Source: Rubripirellula sp. (lineage in GTDB: Bacteria; Planctomycetota; Planctomycetia; Pirellulales; Pirellulaceae). Taken from it: DNA of 64,000 nucleotides. How positions within the stretch are numbered: the stretch's first letter is position 1; each line of letters begins with the position of its first letter. Positions 49,212-58,000 of this stretch are shown here, one piece after another. The translations under genes and the position numbers were made by a program. The notes under the pieces are model-generated. The model did no database searches. It saw only the letters and a list, made by a program, of their open reading frames with translations, and was not told the origin of the DNA. Where the stretch lies: NCBI GenBank assembly GCA_965216875.1, contig OZ244207.1:1664001-1728000 (forward strand), written 5' to 3'.

Positions 49212-49320
49212 GTAGGGTGTGTGCTTGCACGCACCAAGGCCATTGCCGGGCCATTGTCCGATCGTTTACCGGTTTGCGGTTGATGACGAGGGAGTTGGTG
49301 CGTGCGAGCACACACCCTAC
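49212..49320. repeat. inverted pair of a further GTAG-type REP (family G)
   Basis: GTAGGGTGTGTGCTTGCACGCACCA ... TGGTGCGTGCGAGCACACACCCTAC. Confidence 0.8.
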
Positions 49321-49323
49321 TTT

Positions 49324-49788
49324 CTAGGAGTGAACCGGTTCACGTAGCGATTCGATTTCGGCCTTGAGAGCCGCGTTTTCTTCTTCAAGGGCGCGGTATT
49401 TGTCGAGCACGACGTTGAAGTCGTCGGCAGCTTCCTGCCAGAAGTCACCCGTTCGGAACTTGATCTTGGTGGGCAGGTCTCCCTCGGTGATCGACTTGAT
49501 CGCCATCCGCAATCGATACATCGGCCCGGCGAATCGGTTGCTGAGCTTCAAGGTGTCGCGGAGGAACAGCGGCATCAGCAGGAACATCACGCCGAGCGTC
49601 TTGGTCTGACTCATCGCAGCCGCTTTGATCGCTTGGCCGAACGACATTTGGCCAGCAGCCATCAGCAGCGCGACCATGATGTTGATCGCAACCAGGCAAA
49701 CCAGCAGGAGGGTCCAATGCCCGATGATCCGACCAGCAATGGACCACTGCACGGCTGGATCGACGAGGATTTTGGATCGCTTCGACAT
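49324..49788 (-). CDS. 2-TM protein with a HAMP-like segment
   Basis: Two TMs, then SNRFAGPMYRL...IKFRTGDFWQE.ADDFN and a coiled coil. Confidence 0.75.
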   Translation of the reverse strand: MSKRSKILVDPAVQWSIAGRIIGHWTLLLVCLVAINIMVALLMAAGQMSFGQAIKAAAMSQTKTLGVMFLLMPLFLRDTLKLSNRFAGPMYRLRMAIKSITEGDLPTKIKFRTGDFWQEAADDFNVVLDKYRALEEENAALKAEIESLREPVHS

Positions 49789-50073
49789 TTGAATATCGCT
49801 TTAGGAGAAGGGCACCACAGAAAACCGTCCTCGAAAACTTAGCTCGAGTTCTTCGGGGGGGCCGCAAGTATCAAAATGGTTTTGGCCGATTCTCGGTGCA
49901 CCGTCCAGCGCGACGATGCGGCCTCCCTCACAATCGATACAACCCGACAAATCAATCCAATTCGGTCTCGAGCGTTCCAGCGCGTCTCAATGTGCCGATT
50001 GAATCACTTGCATGAGGATGCACGGTTTTTGCGACCTTGGTGAATAACGGAATTGGTGATGACTTCCCGCTTG

Positions 50074-51426
50074 ATGAAACGTCGTTTGATCGCAGTAGCA
50101 GCTGCTGCTGTGGTCGCAGCAAGTGGTTCGGCAACCAGCTTTGCGGCAGATGTGCACGGCAGCGTCAATCAACTTGGTCGTCTGTTTGGCGCCGGATGGG
50201 GTGATGGCTATCACGCCTGCGAGAGCTCCGGCTTCCGACTTGGCGCTGACCTGCCGCCAAAATCGTATTCTCAGCGCAATCGAGGTCCGTCCCGAATCAA
50301 ACGCGCCGCCCAAACCTTCTACGACCACTTCGATGCGGGCCGCAGCTACCGGCCGTGCGACGATGTTTCCTGTGATTCGGCGCCGCTGATCATCAACGGA
50401 TCCCAGGTGATTCAGCAGCCGAAGGGGTGGACGCCGAGCCAGGTGACCGAAGACCCGGGCGCACCGAGTGTTCCGACGCCAGCACCGCGCCCTGTTCCCG
50501 CGCAGCCGGAACGAATCGAGATTCCGTCGCCTGTCGTTCCACCGGCGCCTGAACTCGATCAGGCGACCAAGAACGTGGATCAACCGCCGCGTTCGGTCAG
50601 CCAACCGGAGCGTCGACGGGGCCGGCTGCCGAGAGTCACCAAGAAGACTGAAACGCCGCCAGCTGTCGTCGCCACGGCAAAGCCCGTCCGCCCCGCTGCA
50701 CCGGTCACCGCGCCACGTCCGGAATTTGAGTTGATCGAAGCGGTCGCCGCTGCGGCGCGCCACCGTCAACTCGATGTGGATCGCTACGGACCCGACGGGA
50801 CGCTGATCTCGACCACGCCTCACGACATCGATCCGGTCCATCCAGGCTATGACTACGCCAGTCGCACGCAACGATTGCTTCGTGAGGCACTCGGCGACAA
50901 CTTCGTGATGCCCAAGCGAGCCAAACGGACGCGGGTGGCCACTGAGCCTCGCACACCGTCGCAGGCCCCCGCGCGGAGGTCGGCATCGAACGCGCAGAGG
51001 TCGGCATCGATCGAGTCGCCGTCGAAACCGGCCGACGCTTTGGTGATGCCAGGCTTCGCCGTCACTCAAAACCCACCCTCGGTCAAGCCAGAGTCAGTGA
51101 AACGCAGGCCCGAGTCAGTAAAGCGACCGGCGTCAGCGGTGGTGCGGATCGAGGAGGTTGTGGACCGCCGGCCTTCGTATGCGAGGCAGTTGCCTGAATT
51201 CACCGTCAAACGCGAAGCTGGATCCTCAGCCGCCGGCTCCTATGCCGAAACGCCGCTCGCTTTTGATTTGCCCGCGCCCGACGAAGCGATTCGAATCGCT
51301 ACCTCCGATGCACATCGTCATGCGAACGATCGAGTTTCGAGCGGCCAATCGCTTCCTCGGCCCGCCGTTGAACTGGCTGAACGTCCGCCGCGAGCCGGTT
51401 CGCCGGTCATCCGTCAGCCGCACTAG
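50074..51426 (+). CDS. secreted Pro/Arg-rich low-complexity protein
   Basis: Signal peptide, GAGWGDGYHAC motif, long Pro-rich region. Confidence 0.6.
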   Translation: MKRRLIAVAAAAVVAASGSATSFAADVHGSVNQLGRLFGAGWGDGYHACESSGFRLGADLPPKSYSQRNRGPSRIKRAAQTFYDHFDAGRSYRPCDDVSCDSAPLIINGSQVIQQPKGWTPSQVTEDPGAPSVPTPAPRPVPAQPERIEIPSPVVPPAPELDQATKNVDQPPRSVSQPERRRGRLPRVTKKTETPPAVVATAKPVRPAAPVTAPRPEFELIEAVAAAARHRQLDVDRYGPDGTLISTTPHDIDPVHPGYDYASRTQRLLREALGDNFVMPKRAKRTRVATEPRTPSQAPARRSASNAQRSASIESPSKPADALVMPGFAVTQNPPSVKPESVKRRPESVKRPASAVVRIEEVVDRRPSYARQLPEFTVKREAGSSAAGSYAETPLAFDLPAPDEAIRIATSDAHRHANDRVSSGQSLPRPAVELAERPPRAGSPVIRQPH

Positions 51427-51675
51427 CTCAAGCTTCTCCGCCCAAAGGCGAGACGACGAATCCGAGCTCTCGCCGGGACCCGAGCGCCCTTCCGCGCGGA
51501 GGCGGGGCAGCGATCACGCACGCTCTGAACGCGTCGCAGTTTTGCGCTGGTCTTGACAGTTTTCGCCGACCACGTCATCACTCTGGCGAAATCAGTCTTC
51601 TGACAAACAAACTACTCGCGGCCAAAGGGTCGCAGATCGACTTTGGGTCGATCGAACCGAAGGAGTTCCGCAGCC

Positions 51676-52137
51676 ATGCAACGTACACTCGTCTTGCTCA
51701 AGCCCGATTGTGTTCAACGCCGCTTGATGGGTGAGATCATCTCGCGTTTTGAAACCAAGGGTTTGAACATCGTCGCCATGAAGATGTTGCAAGTGACACC
51801 CGAATTGTCCAAGCAGCACTACGCCGAGCACGTCGAAAAGCCGTTTTATCCGAGCCTGGAGAGCTTCATCACCTCGGCACCTGTAGTCGCCATGGCAATC
51901 GAAGGCCTCGAAGCGATCTCGGTCGTCCGCGACATGCTTGGTGCCACCAGTGGTTTGAAAGCCGCCGCGGGAACGATTCGTGGTGACTACAGCAGCAGTC
52001 GACAAATGAACTTGGTGCATGCCAGCGATGGCGAAGAGGCGGCTGCGAGAGAGTTGCAGCTCTACTTCAATGACAACGAGTTCTGTGATATCGATCTCGT
52101 CCTGACGCCATTTATGCGAGCAGGCGACGAATCCTAG
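51676..52137 (+). CDS. ndk: nucleoside-diphosphate kinase
   Basis: RTLVLLKPD, HYAEH, GTIRGDY, NLVHASD. Confidence 0.97.
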   Translation: MQRTLVLLKPDCVQRRLMGEIISRFETKGLNIVAMKMLQVTPELSKQHYAEHVEKPFYPSLESFITSAPVVAMAIEGLEAISVVRDMLGATSGLKAAAGTIRGDYSSSRQMNLVHASDGEEAAARELQLYFNDNEFCDIDLVLTPFMRAGDES

Positions 52138-52186
52138 AATCGTCGCCTGATGGTTGGCGTGTTTTGAAGCATGTGCCTGACCAGAT

Positions 52187-52213
52187 GCTGGCGTCGCGCT
52201 CGGCGACGTCAGC
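52187..52213. terminator. hairpin between convergent genes
   Basis: GCTGGCGTCGC-GCTCG-GCGACGTCAGC. Confidence 0.5.
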
Positions 52214-52239
52214 CGTCACAGGCAAGATGAGAAGTCGGC

Positions 52240-52479
52240 CTAGCGGCGATTCTTCTTCTCTTCGGCCGCTGCAGCACGTTGGGCGGCTGCTTCCAGCGGA
52301 AGCTTGAATTCAGGTCCCGAAGGATAGTACTGAATGTCATCCTGCAAGTAGTACGGACTTGGCAGGGTCTGACCATTGACCGAAACTTGGCAACCGGTTG
52401 CGGAAACCAAGCAACATCCAGCGGTCAGTGCTAACGCAGTTACTTTGATCGTGCGTCGAAGGTTTGGTTTGCGGCTCAT
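52240..52479 (-). CDS. small lipoprotein-like protein
   Basis: Signal peptide with ATGC lipobox; GQTLPSPYYL.DD.QY.P.GPEF. Confidence 0.7.
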   Translation of the reverse strand: MSRKPNLRRTIKVTALALTAGCCLVSATGCQVSVNGQTLPSPYYLQDDIQYYPSGPEFKLPLEAAAQRAAAAEEKKNRR

Positions 52480-52686
52480 CGTTGGTTGCCTTCGCAGTTC
52501 GGCTGCTTTTTCCGATAGTGATCTGGGTGCAGAAAGAGTCGTACTGGGCGACTCTTGACTGTCGTCACAAACGGTATCGACCGAACAACCGTTACATCTT
52601 CACTCGCGAGCCAATTTTTTTGCAGAAGAGCTTTCCAGTGGGGAAGCCCGCAAATGCTAGCGAGCGGTTGTCCGGACTCAGATTCA

Positions 52687-53733
52687 CTACTCGGCGGGGC
52701 TATCGATCGCCATTGCTTGCAGCTTTTCCATGGCACGCTTTTCGAGCTGGCGGACGCGTTCCTTGGAAACACCAAGCCGGTCAGCGAGCGATTGCAGGGT
52801 TCGCACCCGACGGTGGGATCCCAAAGCAAAACGGGCGCGGATGATCAGCTTTTCGCGGCGGTCGAGCTTGTCGAGCATGGTCGCCAGTTTGCCTCGAAGC
52901 AGGTTCCAGCGTTTTTCGCTAATCGCGGACGTGCGGGTTTCATCGCTGACATCAATCTCCATCTCCTGCAGACCGCCGACCACACGCTGGCGTTCCTGCT
53001 GTTTCACGACGACGGCACGATACGAGTTACGCCGTACAACCTGGGTTGCATAGGTGCTGAAGCGGAAACCACGGTCGAAGTCGAACTTTTCAACTGCCCG
53101 CATCAAACCCACGATCCCGTCACTAAGCAGGTCTTCGAAGCTGTTGTTTGGATTGACGAACTTCTTCACGATCGAGAAGACGAGCCGAAGGTTGGCCTCA
53201 ACCAATCGATCGCGGTGCCACTTCGCGAGCGCCTCGAGGGTCTGAATCAGATCCAAGCGGACGCGAGAGGGTCGTTGAACATTTAGCATCGAACGGTGAC
53301 GGGCTGCCTGCTGCATCAGGAAGTTCATGCGTTGGAAGAGCATTTTTTCCTGCTGGGGTGTCAGCAGGGGAGCCTCGCAGAGCCGGCTTAGGTGAATGGG
53401 CATGTCTGCCCCCGAGCGCCGGATGGCGGCAAGGCCGAGGGCCTCTTCGCGAGGTCTCAGCTCTAAAGACTCAGCAAAGATCTCGTTGCCTTTGCTAGCG
53501 TCATCGAACGCCTCGTTGCTGATCCAGCTGAATTCTCGCTGAATCCAAGAGCGAGTCATTTCTCGCAGCTGGTTGGAATCGAGGGAATCAACATCAACAA
53601 GCTCGTCGGCAACCGCCGCAGTGGCTTCGTTCAGCTCGTTGCTTCGGAGCCAAGCGGAGCGGCGAGCAGGAAAGCTTGACGCGGCATCAGGAGCTTGTTT
53701 GACCGTTTTGACTTGAGCGGTGGAAACTGCCAT
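52687..53733 (-). CDS. alternative sigma-70 family sigma factor
   Basis: PLLT..QE, ANLRLVFSIVKK, AVEKFDFDRGFRFSTYAT, region 4 TLQSLADRLGVSKERVRQLE. Confidence 0.92.
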   Translation of the reverse strand: MAVSTAQVKTVKQAPDAASSFPARRSAWLRSNELNEATAAVADELVDVDSLDSNQLREMTRSWIQREFSWISNEAFDDASKGNEIFAESLELRPREEALGLAAIRRSGADMPIHLSRLCEAPLLTPQQEKMLFQRMNFLMQQAARHRSMLNVQRPSRVRLDLIQTLEALAKWHRDRLVEANLRLVFSIVKKFVNPNNSFEDLLSDGIVGLMRAVEKFDFDRGFRFSTYATQVVRRNSYRAVVVKQQERQRVVGGLQEMEIDVSDETRTSAISEKRWNLLRGKLATMLDKLDRREKLIIRARFALGSHRRVRTLQSLADRLGVSKERVRQLEKRAMEKLQAMAIDSPAE

Positions 53734-53793
53734 GGCTAGGAAACCTAAGTTTTTGGCGTGAAAAAAGGCGGCCGGCCCCGTGCTCGACCCTGC

Positions 53794-53996
53794 GTGAACG
53801 TTTTGGATGTCGAAAACGTTCACTTACTATATACGCGTATCGACGAACTGATTCAACGCGCCAGACTGCATTTTTCGAACTTTTCGCGTTTTTTCTCGAA
53901 TTGATTCCGATTTTCGCTTCAAAACACCTGCCAGATCGGCTGATCTCTAGCGTATGATAAAGACTCGATAAACGTTCATTTCGTTCAAAACGTTCA
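53794..53996. promoter_or_regulatory. divergent promoter region with an 11-bp inverted repeat and 9-bp direct repeats (putative operators)
   Basis: GTGAACGTTTT-N8-AAAACGTTCAC (53794-53823); AAACGTTCA TTTCGTTCA AAACGTTCA (53970-53996). Confidence 0.65.
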
Positions 53997-54000
53997 TGTT

Positions 54001-54885
54001 ATGGTCGCAAAACAGCCACGTTTTTCTCCGAAGCAGGTCGCCCAGGCGCTCGAGGTCAGTGAGTCGTCGGTCAAGCGCTGGTGCGACAAGGGCTCGATCG
54101 TCACGATCAAGACGATGGGCGGGCACCGCCGGATCACACTCGACGCACTCCAGCAGTTCGTGAGTGATTCAGGTCGGGAACTGCGCTTGCCCCATCTGCT
54201 CGGCTTGCCGCAGCTCGCAAACTCGCGGACCACCGAGATCGTTGGTGAGGAAGACCCGCTACTGTTCCAGTTCCGCAATTGTTTGGCGATTGGCAACGAA
54301 TCAGGTTGTCGGCAGGTTCTGAAGCAGGCAATCGAGGAGTCGGGATCGACCATTCAAGCCTGCGAGCGGATGATTGCTGACGCGATGCGAGGGATTGGGG
54401 CGGCCTGGGAACACAACAGTCTCGACGTCTACCAAGAGCGGCGCGGATGCGAGATCTGTGTGCGGCTGATCAACCAGCTTCGCACTGAATTGCCTGCAAT
54501 TCCTCCGTCGGCCCCGATCGCGTTTGGTGGAACGCCCGAGGGTGACCCGTATCAATTGGCCAGCGCTCTGGTCGAGCTGGGGTTACGTGAAGCGGGATGG
54601 AACGCAACCAACCTCGGGAGCAATTTGCCGCTTGAGAGCTTTTTGCAAGCGGCACACGATACGCCACCTCGGCTGGTTTGGATGAGCGTTTCGGCAATCC
54701 CCAATCGGCCCGTCTTTGTTGCGCGGCAAAACCGTCTGGCCGAGTTGCTATCGGATGACGTCAGTCTGCTCGTTGGCGGACGCGCGATCACGCCTGAGTT
54801 GCAGCAACGGTTGAGCTACACCGCGATTTGCAAAAGCGTCGCCCAGCTCGTCGAAATTGCCGAAGCAATGCACGGCCCGGTGTGA
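54001..54885 (+). CDS. MerR/BldC-like HTH plus cobalamin-binding-fold regulator (CarH/LitR-like)
   Basis: SPKQVAQAL.VSESSVKRW...TMGGHRR; IGAAW...QE cap; Rossmann domain LGSNLP...VWMSVS...LVGGRA. Confidence 0.85.
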   Translation: MVAKQPRFSPKQVAQALEVSESSVKRWCDKGSIVTIKTMGGHRRITLDALQQFVSDSGRELRLPHLLGLPQLANSRTTEIVGEEDPLLFQFRNCLAIGNESGCRQVLKQAIEESGSTIQACERMIADAMRGIGAAWEHNSLDVYQERRGCEICVRLINQLRTELPAIPPSAPIAFGGTPEGDPYQLASALVELGLREAGWNATNLGSNLPLESFLQAAHDTPPRLVWMSVSAIPNRPVFVARQNRLAELLSDDVSLLVGGRAITPELQQRLSYTAICKSVAQLVEIAEAMHGPV

Positions 54886-54932
54886 GGGCAGGGCCTTGTA
54901 CTAGGCATCTAAACTGCGGCCATCAAACAAAC

Positions 54933-55305
54933 ACTTTCCCTTGGGAGAGTCGGGCTCTAAGGCCCGGAGAGGGTTTGTTCGTTGCAGAGTATTCCCTCCC
55001 CGGACTTTGCGTCCGACCCTCCCGCAAGCGGGAGGGTGATTGTTGGCGCATACGATGACCTGGGCAAACACATCTGCTCATGGCACTGCGAATCGAATCC
55101 GCGGTGCCCGCCGTGAGGCCTCGGGCCCTTGCTCAGGTGGAGTAACGCTCAGGTGCAGTGGCCCGGCCGCTTACGCGATCACAGCTCAAATGGCTGGGGA
55201 CGCGGAGCGTCCGCGGAGTCCGTTCCCACGGGGACCGTGGGAACGAGGTCGGAGGTTGGGCAAGAGTTGCGTTTGCAGCGCTACTTTCGCGGAGCGAAAG
55301 GCGAC
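54933..55305. repeat. composite repeat cluster (families B, F-like, E and D)
   Basis: Near-identical to 45555-45665 over about 110 bp, plus the E and D motifs. Confidence 0.88.
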
Positions 55306-55307
55306 AC

Positions 55308-56885
55308 TCAATTCCCGAAGGGATTGGGGTCGGCACCGAACGGGTTGTCACCACCGGCATCGCCGAAGGGATTGCCACCGTCCATGTTGTTGTCGCCGAA
55401 TGGATTGTCGGCTGGAGCGGCATCGCCAAACGGATTCGGATTGCCGGCACCGAACGGGTTGTCCGGAGTCGCAGGAGCCTGTGGGGCAGCCGGTTTGACC
55501 TCTTCTTCCTTGATCTCGATGTCAGGACGTTGGGTGAACGAAGGCAACTCGTGACCCTCGGGACGCAGGCACTGCACGGCTCCCCCGTCGCTGACCATGT
55601 ACAGTCGATCCGAGTGAATGTTGATCAGCAAACGACCGGGACGCACCGAATCGTAGGTGCGGATGCGCTCGCCTGTTTTCAGATTCAACACAGCAAGCGA
55701 ACCGCTGAGCGTGCGGACGTAGAGGTTGTCGCCAATCGCACCAATCAGCTCGTCGATGCTGGGGGCACTGCTGGCCCAGGTTGATTTGCCCGAATCGACC
55801 GCGAGCGAATAGAGGTTGCCGTAGGTGGACCGGATGAGAACTTGCGAGCCGACGACCATCGGTGCGTTGTAGAACGGTTCGCCGAACGGGACGCTCCAGA
55901 GGACCTTGCCGATCCGAGTCGCGCGAATCGCGTAGACCTGGCCAGCTTCACTTCCGAAGAAAAATCGATTTCCGTCGGCCGCAGCGATGCGTCCGCTTAC
56001 GATCCCGTCGGTGTCCAAGCGGAAAAGGACCGACGGTTCGCCTGACATTTCCATGACGTAGACGTAGCCTTTGGAGGTGCCCCAGGCGACGCGTGTGGTG
56101 TCGTCACCGGGCGCGATCGTGGGCAACGTGAGCGCGATGCCATTGACCACTTCCATGAACGGGTCGATGGTTGGATCCCGCATGGGGTAGCCTTCGACTC
56201 CATCACGAATGGTCGGAACCATCGCAAAGTTCCCTGCATGAACAGCGCCATGCAGCGGAGTGCCCATCATCCGAACTTCTTCCATCGTTTCGCCATTGCT
56301 GGCGTCAAGCTGAATCAAGTTAGGGCCGTTGATCACGGACACGTGATCTTCGCTGACACCGAGCGCGAAGTAGGAAAGGTTTCGGTCGCCGACCCGCGTC
56401 ATCCAGATCGGTTCGCCCGTTTCGGCGTCGCGGCATTCGCACGTTCCATCATTGCCCAACGTGTAAAGGTGAACGCGCGGAACGACGCGTGTGGTGACCA
56501 CGGGGGCAAAGCCACGACGCTTTAGCCGCAGCACTTCGTGAAGCGCCAGTCGCTCGGCTTCCTTTTTGCCAATCGGCTCACCGGCAGCGTTGAGTTGGTC
56601 CGTTGCGATTCGCAACCAGACGCGATTCCGCTCACCACGCTCGTAGGCGGGAGTCCCTTCGGGCACAGGTGCCGAAACTTCGACGTACTCGTGGGGGTTC
56701 TCGCTGTTGACGTACAGCTGTTGATCGATGATCGAATCCGCGCCCGCAGGGACGGGCAGGTAGCGTTTCCAGACTTCCTCCATGCCAAGTTGCGACGCAA
56801 CGGAATGGGGGAAGAGGTCACCTGCATGGGTGGACTGGAACGTGCACAGTGCGGCGACGGCAAGCAATCCGATCGTTCGTTTCAT
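55308..56885 (-). CDS. secreted PQQ/BamB-like beta-propeller protein with an NPF-repeat tail
   Basis: Signal peptide; DAETGEPIW, LDASNGE and AVDSGKSTW blade motifs; six NPFG at the C-terminus. Confidence 0.85.
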   Translation of the reverse strand: MKRTIGLLAVAALCTFQSTHAGDLFPHSVASQLGMEEVWKRYLPVPAGADSIIDQQLYVNSENPHEYVEVSAPVPEGTPAYERGERNRVWLRIATDQLNAAGEPIGKKEAERLALHEVLRLKRRGFAPVVTTRVVPRVHLYTLGNDGTCECRDAETGEPIWMTRVGDRNLSYFALGVSEDHVSVINGPNLIQLDASNGETMEEVRMMGTPLHGAVHAGNFAMVPTIRDGVEGYPMRDPTIDPFMEVVNGIALTLPTIAPGDDTTRVAWGTSKGYVYVMEMSGEPSVLFRLDTDGIVSGRIAAADGNRFFFGSEAGQVYAIRATRIGKVLWSVPFGEPFYNAPMVVGSQVLIRSTYGNLYSLAVDSGKSTWASSAPSIDELIGAIGDNLYVRTLSGSLAVLNLKTGERIRTYDSVRPGRLLINIHSDRLYMVSDGGAVQCLRPEGHELPSFTQRPDIEIKEEEVKPAAPQAPATPDNPFGAGNPNPFGDAAPADNPFGDNNMDGGNPFGDAGGDNPFGADPNPFGN

Positions 56886-57148
56886 GTCAGAAAACGCGGG
56901 TGCGTCGAGAAAGTTAGGCTGCAGAAAAGGAGGGGGCAGGAATCCAAATTTTCAAGGCTCGCACCTCGCCTGCACCAAGTAGCTACTCACCCACTCAGTC
57001 TAATCAAACCGCCCCAAACTGGCGAACTTTTCGCCAAAAACGCCCCCGTAATCGCCATCGGGCACGCCCGCACCGGTGAATTGAGGAGCCGCAGCGGTGG
57101 GGTCGTAGCGGCTCTAGCGATTGCAAGGTGCCCAGAAGCCACTCCCCG

Positions 57149-57294
57149 TGAGCCGAACGCGCTAGCGTCGGGCCTCTGAGTTCTTGTTTCGAGACGCTAC
57201 GCTCGCCAGAGCGTGGGACGGACTGTGTAATAGTCGCCTTTTGCTCCGCAAAAGTTGCGTTTGCGGACGCTGCTTTCGCGGAGCGAAAGGCGAC
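57149..57294. repeat. composite repeat cluster (families C, A and an inverted D pair)
   Basis: Recurrent motifs as above. Confidence 0.8.
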
Positions 57295-57309
57295 ATTCCA
57301 AGAATCACT

Positions 57310-57882
57310 CTAGCCGAGCAGTTCCATGAAGGCTCGCATCCAGGCGGGGTGGGCTGGCCACGCCGGTGCGGTCACCAAATTGCCGTCGACGTGTGCCGAA
57401 TCCATGGTTTCCGCTGGCGGAACGTAGGTACCACCTGCTGCGCCCACTTCGTAGCTGACTGCGGGATAGCAACTGCATTGGCGATCTGCCAACACACCGG
57501 CAGCCGCCAGGATCTGGGGGCCGTGGCAGATCGCGGCGATCGGCTTCTTGGCCGACGCGAAGTGTTGGACCACCTCGAGCACGCGGGCGTTGAGTCGCAG
57601 GTATTCCGGGGCTCGCCCGCCGGGAATCACCAGTGCGTCGAAACTCGCAGGGTCGATCGTGGCAAAGTCGCCTGAGATCGCGAAGCGGTGACCCGGCTTT
57701 TCGGAGTAGGTCTGATGGCCTTCAAAGTCGTGGATCGCGGTCGCGACCGTGTCGCCAGGCTCTTTGTCTGGACAGACGGTGATCACGCTGTGGCCGGCGC
57801 ACATCAGGATCTGCAGTGGCACCATTGCCTCGTAATCCTCGACAAAGTCCCCGACGATCATCAGGATTTTCTTACCAGGCAT
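57310..57882 (-). CDS. DJ-1/PfpI family protein
   Basis: [34 protein letters not shown]. Confidence 0.93.
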   Translation of the reverse strand: MPGKKILMIVGDFVEDYEAMVPLQILMCAGHSVITVCPDKEPGDTVATAIHDFEGHQTYSEKPGHRFAISGDFATIDPASFDALVIPGGRAPEYLRLNARVLEVVQHFASAKKPIAAICHGPQILAAAGVLADRQCSCYPAVSYEVGAAGGTYVPPAETMDSAHVDGNLVTAPAWPAHPAWMRAFMELLG

Positions 57883-58000
57883 GGATCACTCTCTATTCTT
57901 GGTCTGAATGCTGTGGTTTCGAATCAATGTAGCGAGCGGATCGCAAAAGCGTTAGCGGCCCACTCGGAACTGGGACTAGGCTCGTATGGTCGGTCGGTTG

